Assembly (NCBI GenBank): GCA_965230955.1
Contig: OZ246404.1
Location: forward strand, 582,410 to 646,409
Direction: 5' to 3'
Length of the DNA: 64,000 nucleotides
Source of the DNA: an uncultured Candidatus Saccharibacteria bacterium
Lineage (GTDB): Bacteria; Patescibacteriota; CALEFQ01
Position 1 is the stretch's first letter. Each line of letters opens with the position of its first letter. Positions 9,801 to 17,943 of the stretch are shown here, piece after piece. Under the pieces are notes generated by a model. The model was given only the letters and a program-made list of their open reading frames with translations. It searched no databases and was not told the origin of the DNA. Both the position numbers and the translations under genes were made by a program.

Positions 9801-10163
9801 TCAGCAAGTAGTATGAATTAAAGCATTAACTACTTTATTTTCCTTAACCAAATCATTGTACGTACGAACCGCCTGCGGAGTGATCTGGATAATCAAACGC
9901 GGCACGGCGCCTTCCAGTTTGAGGGAAACCTCTTCATCAACTTCCAGCACGCCTTCCTGTCCGGTACCGATCAAAATCACGTCCGGGTTTCCGCTTAGTA
10001 ATTTGGCCGTTTCCCAATCTCCGACCCGGTGGGTGGTCTTAAATAGTTCATGTAATTTTTTGGCGTCGCGCTCCTCCACCTTATCGCCAATAATCAAAAC
10101 CTGGCCGTATTTTTTGCCATTGACGGTGATCGAGCCGAATTCGCAGGAATCGATTATGGGCAT
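9801..10163 (-). CDS. Mth938-like domain protein; true start MPIIDS, the longer ORF N-terminus is repeat read-through
   Basis: About 120 aa, ends ...ALIHTTC as Mth938/DUF498 members do. ATG at 10161-10163 directly abuts the repeat. Confidence 0.45.
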   Translation of the reverse strand: MPIIDSCEFGSITVNGKKYGQVLIIGDKVEERDAKKLHELFKTTHRVGDWETAKLLSGNPDVILIGTGQEGVLEVDEEVSLKLEGAVPRLIIQITPQAVRTYNDLVKENKVVNALIHTTC

Positions 10164-10230
10164 GGTCTTTAGTCTTTGGTCTTTAGTCTTTGGCCACGCT
10201 TTCAGGCTAAAGACCAACGACGAAAGATCT
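10164..10230. repeat. Palindromic tandem-heptamer element (GTCTTTG family)
   Basis: ggtctttagtctttggtctttagtctttggcc ... ggctaaagaccaacgacgaaagatc. Confidence 0.8.
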
Positions 10231-10232
10231 TT

Positions 10233-11072
10233 TTACACCGCACCCTTAATATCCCTAATCTCCGCATACCGAAACACCGGTCCCTCGTCGCAAACCAATT
10301 TCGGCCCGATGCCGCAATGATGGCACTCGCCCACCCCGCACTGCATATGGCGCTCGAGTGAGATATAAATATCTTCGTCTTGAATATCATGTTTATGCAA
10401 GGCCTCGATCACAAATTTGCACATAACCGAAGGACCGACGATAAAAACCAACGGATGACCGACTAATTTCTTATTATCAACCAAGGCGGTGATCAACCCT
10501 TCATCGCAGACGACAGGGCCCTTTTCTCCGCAATGCTTGTCGACCGTCAGTTCAACTTTGATTTTTTTCCGCCACTCTACCAATTCAGTTTTGTATAATA
10601 AATCGGCTTCACTGCGCGCCCCGTAAAAAAGCTGAACTTCTTTAAAATTTTCCGGCCGAGCGATAGCATCCAAAACAATCGCTCGGAGCGGGACAATCCC
10701 TATCCCACCGGCAATAACGAGCAAATTACGATTTTTCAGCAATTTAGTCGGAAATGATCCTTTCCCGAGAGGCCCGCGGATACCGATCATATCACCGGGT
10801 TTTTTCTTGTGCAGTTCCGATGTCAACCGGCCAACCGCCCGCACCCCGATTTCAAAAGTGTCGGTTTTGAAAGAAGACGACGCGATTCCCACCGGCGCTT
10901 CGCCGTAGCCAGCGATTGAAAACATGACGAATTGACCGGGCAGAAAATAAAAATTATTCTGATCGGCCGGATCGGTAAATTGCAAAACAAAAGTCTTCAC
11001 CCGCGGCGCTTCGTCGCGGATTTGAGTTATTTTAGCCGGTTTTGGTTCGTAGTTATTGATCATTGCTTTCAA
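10233..11072 (-). CDS. FAD/NAD-binding plus C-terminal [2Fe-2S] oxidoreductase subunit, sulfhydrogenase gamma (HydG) / AsrB / PyrK-like
   Basis: Ferredoxin-reductase-type fold with C-terminal CGVGECHHCG...C cluster motif; start is TTG at 11072 or ATG at 11063. Confidence 0.65.
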   Translation of the reverse strand: MKAMINNYEPKPAKITQIRDEAPRVKTFVLQFTDPADQNNFYFLPGQFVMFSIAGYGEAPVGIASSSFKTDTFEIGVRAVGRLTSELHKKKPGDMIGIRGPLGKGSFPTKLLKNRNLLVIAGGIGIVPLRAIVLDAIARPENFKEVQLFYGARSEADLLYKTELVEWRKKIKVELTVDKHCGEKGPVVCDEGLITALVDNKKLVGHPLVFIVGPSVMCKFVIEALHKHDIQDEDIYISLERHMQCGVGECHHCGIGPKLVCDEGPVFRYAEIRDIKGAV

Positions 11073-11449
11073 GTAAGAGTCCTTGGTCTTTGGTCGTTAG
11101 TCTTTGGCCCGAGGAGAGATTTAATTAAAGAACTCAGCAAATTTCCAACTTGGTGACACCGGGCTAATTCGTCATCCACCTTCACTTGATACAATTTTTT
11201 CAGCAGATATAAGATAGTCACCGTCTCGTACAAAGATCCTCTGGATATTCTCAGATATCTGATAAATTCCTTGTCGCTATTACTACTTTGCCCCTCCGCG
11301 ACATTGAGCGAGACAGAAGTCACCGCCCGCCGCAATTGAGCTAACAAACCAAATTTCTCGATGGACGGGCACTTTTCCTGGAAGCGGTAGATCGACTCGG
11401 CCAAAAACATAGCCGCTTGCCAAACTCTTAAACGTTCAAACTTGTACAC
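11069..11449 (-). CDS. Four-helix-bundle protein (the family found in 23S rRNA intervening sequences)
   Basis: About 120 aa helical protein with the LRRA..S..LNIAEG and RGSL.E motifs of this family; C-terminal codons (GPKTNDQRPRT) are read from the repeat half-site. Confidence 0.6.
   Translation of the reverse strand: MYKFERLRVWQAAMFLAESIYRFQEKCPSIEKFGLLAQLRRAVTSVSLNVAEGQSSNSDKEFIRYLRISRGSLYETVTILYLLKKLYQVKVDDELARCHQVGNLLSSLIKSLLGPKTNDQRPRTLT
11082..11110. repeat. Left half-site of a GTCTTTG-family element, separated from its partner by the four-helix-bundle gene
   Basis: ggtctttggtcgttagtctttggcc with no adjacent inverted arm. Confidence 0.7.
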
Positions 11450-11471
11450 AATCCCTCCTCTATAATTAATT

Positions 11472-11496
11472 GGCTAAAGACCAAAGACTAAAGACC
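11472..11496. repeat. Right half-site, inverted partner of 11082..11110
   Basis: ggctaaagaccaaagactaaagacc; reverse complement matches the left half. Confidence 0.7.
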
Positions 11497-11507
11497 TTTT
11501 AAAAATA

Positions 11508-12485
11508 CTACTTCCCATCCTTTATCCTCTGAATATTCTTCATAATATCAATCCCCACCGGGCAAACTTTGATGCATCGGCCGCAGCGGACACAACCGGG
11601 GACTTTGTAGCGCGCCGGATCACGGACGAATTTGTGTTCGTACCAGTAGTAAATTCTCTTCTCGGTATCATCTAGAAAACGGTGATCGCCGGCAATTCGG
11701 GAAAAATCCGGAAAGAAACAAGCCGACCATTCCCGTTTGCGGCGCTGTTCGCCGCTTTTGACTTTCGATTGATCGTCGATATTGAAACAATAACAAGTCG
11801 GGCAGGCCAAGGTGCATTTCCCGCAGGCCAAACAGATTTTGCCCAGTTCCGCCCAAAGCGCCTGATTATAACCGCTCTCCATCTTGCCCTTGATCTCAAC
11901 CATCTCGCGATCCATTCCTTCCTCGGAAATCGGACCGGCATATTTGATATGATCATAATTACGATAACCGAATTTTTCCAACAACCGCTGGCCGTCCTCC
12001 GAGCCGGTATAGACCTTGAAATTCGTTCCGGATTTTTCCAGGAAAATATCGAATTCAAAATGCTCCAAAACATTTTCCCGAAAGCGATCCTGAAAAGCGC
12101 CGAATTCCCGCTGATCGGTCGGCGCCATCGATTGACCGATCACAATGGTTTGTCGTTTCCGCTCCTGGTAATAAACATCGGAGGCGAAAACCTGATTATA
12201 CAAATCCAGCGCGCGCAGATCCAAAACAGTCAGGCCAAACAGCACCTGGGGCTTGCCCACTTTTATTTTCTTGAAAACTTCGCCGTGAATATTGAACATC
12301 GTCTCGGTCGCCGGCAGGAAAAACTTGCGCCAGGGATAATACGTCAGTTGGCCGTTCAGCTTCAGCTCTTCCGGATCGCCGATTTTTTGCGCCAAAAAAC
12401 GCCCATCGCTCTCGACCGGGCCGTACACCAGATTGCCTTCTTTGATCAGGAAGGCGGTGAAGTTTTTTAGTTCGGGGATGGTCAT
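11508..12485 (-). CDS. Iron-sulfur subunit with 2x[4Fe-4S], sulfhydrogenase beta (HydB) / AsrA-like
   Basis: CLACGKCTLACPTC and CVRCGRCIKVCPVG ferredoxin-type motifs; 325 aa. Confidence 0.65.
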   Translation of the reverse strand: MTIPELKNFTAFLIKEGNLVYGPVESDGRFLAQKIGDPEELKLNGQLTYYPWRKFFLPATETMFNIHGEVFKKIKVGKPQVLFGLTVLDLRALDLYNQVFASDVYYQERKRQTIVIGQSMAPTDQREFGAFQDRFRENVLEHFEFDIFLEKSGTNFKVYTGSEDGQRLLEKFGYRNYDHIKYAGPISEEGMDREMVEIKGKMESGYNQALWAELGKICLACGKCTLACPTCYCFNIDDQSKVKSGEQRRKREWSACFFPDFSRIAGDHRFLDDTEKRIYYWYEHKFVRDPARYKVPGCVRCGRCIKVCPVGIDIMKNIQRIKDGK

Positions 12486-12488
12486 GAT

Positions 12489-12540
12489 AGTCTTTGGTCT
12501 TTAGTCTTTGGTCTTTGGCTAAAGACTAAAGACTAACGAC
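12489..12540. repeat. Palindromic tandem-heptamer element (GTCTTTG family) with almost no loop
   Basis: agtctttggtctttagtctttggtctttgg|ctaaagactaaagactaacgac; starts 3 nt from the 11508..12485 ATG. Confidence 0.8.
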
Positions 12541-12576
12541 AAAAGGCCTTTCGGGAAAGCGCCAAAACTTACACAT

Positions 12577-13716
12577 TTACGTCAGCAATAACCAAATCCC
12601 AAACCCCACCAACATACTACCCATCAACAGTTTCATCCATTTTTTCGACCGGTGCTCCCATTCTTTGACCATGGTGATTTTTTTACCGGAATAAACGATG
12701 AATAAAATCACCAGCAGGGGCAGGATAAACATCAGATTATAAATACCGAGATAGCCCACCGTCGTCAGCCGGCTCAGTCCCGAACGAGACAATATATCAA
12801 GTGTCCCGGCATAGAGCGGCAAGGAGCAAGGCATCTCAAAGATAGTCACCAAGGCACCCAAGACCACCGTGGCCGAGATAGTCGCCTTGGCGACCCAGCC
12901 CTGCAGGTACGGCCGAATATATTTGGGTATTTCCAAGCTGAAACCCCGGCCGGGCCAGAAAAAATCTTTCAGATTAATCGCGCCGGTTATTACCAGTATA
13001 GCCCCCAATACCAGGTGAATCAAATTAGAAACGACGGCGTACTGGGGAGTTTGGCTAAAAGTCAAAAGAACCTGATAAAAAAGCAAACCGATGACAAAAT
13101 AAGTGGCAAAAACCGTGATGATATAAATGATTCCGATATTGAGCACCCGTCCCGGCTGTTTGGCAAAAACAATCAGATAACCCAGTAAAAAAACCAGCAT
13201 GCCGATAGCGCAGGGATTTATGCCATCAGCCAATCCGACACCCAAGACGGCACTCAAAGCAATGGCATTGGTCGAAATACCGGAATCAGCTTTTCCTTCT
13301 TCCTGCCCCTGGACAATTTCATTGCCTGCTTTTTCCCAAGCGGGATAGCCGCCTTGCAACACCCGAACCCGGGTAAAACCGTCATCCATCATTTGCTCCG
13401 CCGCCTCCACGCTCGATTGGCATTCGGTCGCGCCGCAATAAGCCACAATACTATCGTCGTGCCGAGCGATTTCGCCGATCTTGTCAATTTGGCTGAGCGC
13501 CCAAAATTTAGCGCCGGGAAGATGGCCGTTGATATATTCCACTTCGCTCCGAACATCAAGCACCAATGGCGGATTACTTCCCGCCAACTCTCTCTGGAGC
13601 TGATCGGCCGTGAGATACTCCACGCCGCGGGCGGCTTGTCCGAAAATCGGCCACCCGGCACAGGCGCCGACCGCTAACATCGCGAGAAATATAAGAAATT
13701 TATTTGCCATCATCGT
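12577..13716 (-). CDS. Periplasmic rhodanese domain fused to a CcdA/DsbD-family thiol-disulfide transporter
   Basis: Rhodanese-like domain with active-site Cys (CGATECQ), followed by a multi-TM CcdA-like domain with a conserved Cys pair. Confidence 0.6.
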   Translation of the reverse strand, partial: TMMANKFLIFLAMLAVGACAGWPIFGQAARGVEYLTADQLQRELAGSNPPLVLDVRSEVEYINGHLPGAKFWALSQIDKIGEIARHDDSIVAYCGATECQSSVEAAEQMMDDGFTRVRVLQGGYPAWEKAGNEIVQGQEEGKADSGISTNAIALSAVLGVGLADGINPCAIGMLVFLLGYLIVFAKQPGRVLNIGIIYIITVFATYFVIGLLFYQVLLTFSQTPQYAVVSNLIHLVLGAILVITGAINLKDFFWPGRGFSLEIPKYIRPYLQGWVAKATISATVVLGALVTIFEMPCSLPLYAGTLDILSRSGLSRLTTVGYLGIYNLMFILPLLVILFIVYSGKKITMVKEWEHRSKKWMKLLMGSMLVGFGIWLLLT

Positions 13717-14509
13717 TTTTTTTCGACGGATCAAGAAAAAGTTCCCCGGCCGGACGACGCTTCCTAAGAAAAGCGAGAACAATAATACCAGCAATCACTA
13801 GCCCGATCCCGATATACTGAGAAATAGTCAAGCCAGCGAAGCGCGGATCGGAATTAGGCAGATCGGTCGCCCGCCAAAAATCAACCGCAAAGCGAGTGAT
13901 TCCTTCCCAAATCAAATAGATGTAAAATAGCGAACCGACCGGCAGTTTTTGTATTTTTCTCAGCCAGAACCAAAGAATCAGAAATATAACCAGATTCGAA
14001 AAAACCAAATACATCGCCGTTTCATGGCGTAACTGTCCGTTGACCATAATGCCCCAAGCCACATCAGTCAGCCGGCCGGGATGATCCTGAATCAAATGAC
14101 AGCCTATCCGACCGATGGCCGTGCCGAGAGCCAGTGCCGGCGCCGCCCAGTCGGACAGGCGCCAGATATTCATTTTCTGACGGCGGGCAAAAAAAATAAA
14201 AACCAAGATAGCGCCAATCAAACCGCCGTAAAAAACCATGCCCCCGTTCCAAATTTTGAGCGCATCAACCCAATGGCCGGCAAAATCCTGCCAGAAAAGT
14301 ATCACGTAAAAAAGACGAGAGCCGATCATCGAGGCGATAAAAACCCACAGGACAAGATCGAGAAGTTTGTCGGTTTTGTAGCCGGCTTGCTTGGCTTGCC
14401 ACAGAATCAAAAGAATCCCAACGATGAACCCCAAGGCGACCAGCACGCCCCACGACTGAATGGTCAAAGGACCTAAATGAAATTCAGTGATTGGCCCATA
14501 AGGAAGCAT
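13700..14509 (-). CDS. lgt: Prolipoprotein diacylglyceryl transferase
   Basis: GGMVFYGGLIG and the HP...R.Y motifs of Lgt. Confidence 0.85.
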   Translation of the reverse strand: MLPYGPITEFHLGPLTIQSWGVLVALGFIVGILLILWQAKQAGYKTDKLLDLVLWVFIASMIGSRLFYVILFWQDFAGHWVDALKIWNGGMVFYGGLIGAILVFIFFARRQKMNIWRLSDWAAPALALGTAIGRIGCHLIQDHPGRLTDVAWGIMVNGQLRHETAMYLVFSNLVIFLILWFWLRKIQKLPVGSLFYIYLIWEGITRFAVDFWRATDLPNSDPRFAGLTISQYIGIGLVIAGIIVLAFLRKRRPAGELFLDPSKKNDDGK

Positions 14510-14522
14510 ATAATTTTTTTAA

Positions 14523-15209
14523 TCAATTAACGTCTTTGATCGGCACGGATACCGTAGCGCAATCTTCCAAGGCGGTGATAATCGCCTCTTTGTCCATCGC
14601 GCCGGGAACCTGAGAACAAATAATTCCGTTTTTGATGAAAAAATTGGTTGGCGTCCCCTGAATTTTAAACAAACTGCTAACTTCGCCGGTAGCATCGACC
14701 AGAATATCGAAATCGATCTTTTGATTAGCCTTATATGTTTTTACCGTTTCCGGAGCCTCGTTCATATTGACCAAAAATACCTGGGATTTCCCGCCGGATT
14801 CTTTCTTCAACTGCTTCAACTCCGGCAACTGTTTCGCGCAATATTTGCACCAGGTATTCCAAAAAGCCAAAATCATCGTCCGGTCTTTATACTCGCTCAA
14901 GTCCACGCGATTTCCTTCGGTGTCCGAGAGGACAATGGCCGGCAGTTCCGAGCCGACATCCAGGCTGTATTTTTGCAGTTGCGCCGCCGCCTCGGCATTT
15001 AGATCCGAATCCGAAGTTGACGTTTGGGTAAAATTAAAAACCAAAACAATCGCCACCACGATCGCCACCACCACTGCGGCGGCAACCAAATTGCGATTTT
15101 CCTTATATCCCTTACGACGAAACCAATCATTGATCCCCCGGCGATAAGGAAAATAAATCACAGCAAAAAGCAGTACCGCGAAAACTATGATTACCAGAGG
15201 AATTATCAT
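14523..15209 (-). CDS. Membrane-anchored thioredoxin-fold thiol-disulfide oxidoreductase (TlpA/ResA-like)
   Basis: N-terminal TM segments plus WCKYC active site. Confidence 0.7.
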   Translation of the reverse strand: MIIPLVIIVFAVLLFAVIYFPYRRGINDWFRRKGYKENRNLVAAAVVVAIVVAIVLVFNFTQTSTSDSDLNAEAAAQLQKYSLDVGSELPAIVLSDTEGNRVDLSEYKDRTMILAFWNTWCKYCAKQLPELKQLKKESGGKSQVFLVNMNEAPETVKTYKANQKIDFDILVDATGEVSSLFKIQGTPTNFFIKNGIICSQVPGAMDKEAIITALEDCATVSVPIKDVN

Positions 15210-15231
15210 GCTTGTATTTTACTGTAACTGG

Positions 15232-15993
15232 CTATTTTTTTAAACTCTTTTCGAAAAAGAAGGCTCCCAGCATGACCATAGCCACGGCAAAACAAATCAG
15301 GAATACCACATCAAAAGCGACCGAAAATTCAGACATACCGATCAGCGCCCAACGGATACCGTCAACGCCATAGGTCAGAGGATTGATATAAGTCAACCAG
15401 CGCCAGGACTCGGGGAAGCCATCGAGCGGGAAAAAAGCGCCGCTGAGAAACATAATCGGAATCAAAATTATCGTCATCAACTGATTGTAGCTTTTGGCAT
15501 TTCGAAAAACGGAACTCAGCACGATACCGAAACCGGAAAACCCGAAAACGATCAGAAACATGAAACAAATGGTGAAAATGATCCCCCACGCTCCACGATC
15601 GGTCTTGGAAAAGAAGAAAACAATGATGATCACGGTCACCAGCAGGGTCAATAATTGCATCGTGATCTCGCTCAGGATTTTGCCGATCAGGATCGAATAG
15701 CGCGAGATGGGCACCACCAATAATTCTTTGATATAGCCACGCTTATCGCGAATGATGGAAAACCCGACAAATATCGCGGCTCCAATAGAAAGTACCGCGA
15801 TCCCCCCGGGACCGAAAAAATCCAGGTAATCGATTTCCAATCCCGGAATTTTGATGAAGCGATTGAGTCCAAAGCCGATAATCAAAATCGCCATCAGCGG
15901 AACAACGATGGAAGTGAAGATCATCCCCGGATCAGCGAAAAACTTTTTCAGTTCCCGCTGCCAGATAGCTGCAATTTCATACCAGTGGATCAT
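15232..15993 (-). CDS. ABC-2 family transporter permease
   Basis: Six-TM ABC-2 type, adjacent to and co-oriented with the ATPase. Confidence 0.6.
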   Translation of the reverse strand: MIHWYEIAAIWQRELKKFFADPGMIFTSIVVPLMAILIIGFGLNRFIKIPGLEIDYLDFFGPGGIAVLSIGAAIFVGFSIIRDKRGYIKELLVVPISRYSILIGKILSEITMQLLTLLVTVIIIVFFFSKTDRGAWGIIFTICFMFLIVFGFSGFGIVLSSVFRNAKSYNQLMTIILIPIMFLSGAFFPLDGFPESWRWLTYINPLTYGVDGIRWALIGMSEFSVAFDVVFLICFAVAMVMLGAFFFEKSLKK

Positions 15994-16935
15994 TTAGGTA
16001 TAGCTGTTAAAACGCTCGCCCGTGTAAGTCAGGAAAACATCCTCCAGCGTCGGCTCTTGTAAATTAAAAGACTTTATATCCAGCGACAATTCATGGATCA
16101 ATCTGATAAGTTCGGCGCCGTTCGCTTCGCCGTTGCTCACCACCAAGCTGATTTCTTTTTCTTTGCGAGTGACCTTTTTTACAAAAGGCAGCCGCTGCAT
16201 GCGCGGAAGCAGTGTTTCCGGCACTTCCGCCAGGCGAATTCGCACCAGGTCGCCGCCCAAGCCGTGCTTCAAATCCTTCGGCGTACCGGTGACCGCAATC
16301 TTCCCTTCATTCATCACCGCCACCCGACCGCAGAGATAATCGGCTTCTTCCAAATAATGAGTCGTCAGCAAAATAGTCAGATTGGTTTCGCGGCTGAGCT
16401 TTTTGATATAGTCCCAGATCAAACGGCGCGTTTTGGGATCCAGGCCGATCGTCGGCTCGTCCAAAAACAAAACTTTGGGCTGATGAATCAGTCCGCGGGC
16501 AATCTCCAAGCGGCGTTTCATGCCGCCGGAAAATGACGAGACTTTCGTCTTGGTTTCACCCTGCAAGCCCACCAGCGCCAGCAACTCATCCACGCGTGGC
16601 CGGCTGACAGCCGGCGGAACATGGTAAAGCCGGGCATGAATATCAAGATTGGAAAAAGCCGTCAGATCTTCGTCCAATATCGTCTCCTGGAAAACCAGCC
16701 CGATGGATCGGCGCGTATCCCGAGATTGTTTGACCACGTCAAAACCACAAACCCGAGCCCGACCGCCGGTCGGCAACAACAACGTCGTCAAAATGGAAAT
16801 AATCGTACTCTTACCGGCGCCGTTAGGACCCAAGAGCCCAAAAACTTCTCCCTGATTAATATGAAAAGACACGCCGTTCACCGCGGTCTTTTGCTTAAAT
16901 TTCTTGACCAAGTTTTCAACTTCTACCGCTGGCAT
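15994..16935 (-). CDS. ABC transporter ATP-binding protein
   Basis: Walker A GPNGAGKST, signature LSGGMKRR, Walker B LFLDEPT. Confidence 0.85.
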   Translation of the reverse strand: MPAVEVENLVKKFKQKTAVNGVSFHINQGEVFGLLGPNGAGKSTIISILTTLLLPTGGRARVCGFDVVKQSRDTRRSIGLVFQETILDEDLTAFSNLDIHARLYHVPPAVSRPRVDELLALVGLQGETKTKVSSFSGGMKRRLEIARGLIHQPKVLFLDEPTIGLDPKTRRLIWDYIKKLSRETNLTILLTTHYLEEADYLCGRVAVMNEGKIAVTGTPKDLKHGLGGDLVRIRLAEVPETLLPRMQRLPFVKKVTRKEKEISLVVSNGEANGAELIRLIHELSLDIKSFNLQEPTLEDVFLTYTGERFNSYT

Positions 16936-17058
16936 TTGGGATTATTGAAAGCTTACCCCGCACTGATTAGTACGGGGAGAAAAAACACTAGGCTAAAATT
17001 TATAAATCCGAAACAATATTAATATTTGAAATACAAATTAAGAGTTTAATATTCGGGC

Positions 17059-17343
17059 TTATGATTTAGAATCCGCTTCGAATTTCTTTTTTTTCGCCTC
17101 TGGTTTTTCAGCGACTGATTTCTCGGCCGGCCGATCGGCTATTTTTTGCAATTCGGCGACCAGTTCGGGAATTTTGTCCTCGCCGAGACCATGGCTTAAC
17201 ACGCCCATTTCCAACGTTTCAAAAGCCGCCGCTCCGCAGGCGAGACAGCCCGGCCCGAAATATCGGCCTAAAATTTCAAACGCCTCATTTCCCAGCATCA
17301 ACGATTCTTGAATAGTCGTGTCCTTGGTTATTTTATTAGCCAT
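17059..17343 (-). CDS. DUF1858-type redox-disulfide protein (hybrid-cluster-protein-associated family)
   Basis: About 90 aa with GCLACG motif and acidic/lysine-rich tail. Confidence 0.45.
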   Translation of the reverse strand: MANKITKDTTIQESLMLGNEAFEILGRYFGPGCLACGAAAFETLEMGVLSHGLGEDKIPELVAELQKIADRPAEKSVAEKPEAKKKKFEADSKS

Positions 17344-17806
17344 TGTTTTCCTTGTTTTTATCTTTCGATATCCCGTTTAAACGGGATGCCGGAAGGGCTT
17401 CGCGGATTAAATCCATGATCGTGGTATTTTCCAGCATGGCATTCAGTTTGCCTTGGATGCGCTGCCAGACGGTGATCAAAGATAAAGAATCGCCCAGTCC
17501 ACTGATTTCCCCATCTTGCTTCTTCCAGTCCCCGGGCGACAGATTTATCGGACCATCAAGTGTTTCGATGATTTTACGGAGAGTGATTTGTCCCGGCTCT
17601 TTGGCCAAATAAAAACCGCCTCCGCAACCGCGCGTCGAGCGCAGGACACCCGCCTTGGCCAATTTCTGAAAAATTTTATTCAAGAAACTGGGCGGAATAT
17701 TTTCCGCGGCAGAAACCTCAGCGGTAAGGACTTTTTTGTGTTCCTGCTGATTAGCCAAATACAGTAAACCACGCAAGCCATATTCGCATTTTCTGGTCAG
17801 TTTCAT
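17336..17806 (-). CDS. Rrf2-family transcriptional regulator
   Basis: MKLTRKCEYGLRGLLYLA helix-turn-helix N-terminus plus GCGGGFYL motif; start called at MKLTRK. Confidence 0.7.
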   Translation of the reverse strand: MKLTRKCEYGLRGLLYLANQQEHKKVLTAEVSAAENIPPSFLNKIFQKLAKAGVLRSTRGCGGGFYLAKEPGQITLRKIIETLDGPINLSPGDWKKQDGEISGLGDSLSLITVWQRIQGKLNAMLENTTIMDLIREALPASRLNGISKDKNKENNG

Positions 17807-17943
17807 ATAATTAAAGAGTCTTTTAGTCCGCTTAAAGTATAGTGAGAACCGGCCCAAAAAGCAAGAAGGAGTATCCACACGCCATGGCAGAAAATTCATC
17901 GCAAAGCTAGACACACGCTAATTACTGTGCCATCATAAATTAA

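Noticed and set aside
9801-10217. N-terminal extension MVFSLKAWPKTKDQRLKT of the Mth938-like ORF, and similar extensions at 53362-54300 and 378-626
   Set aside because: The extra codons are read-through of the palindromic element (KTKDQRLKT = ctaaagac units). A plausible internal ATG lies directly at the element boundary. Treated as non-coding.
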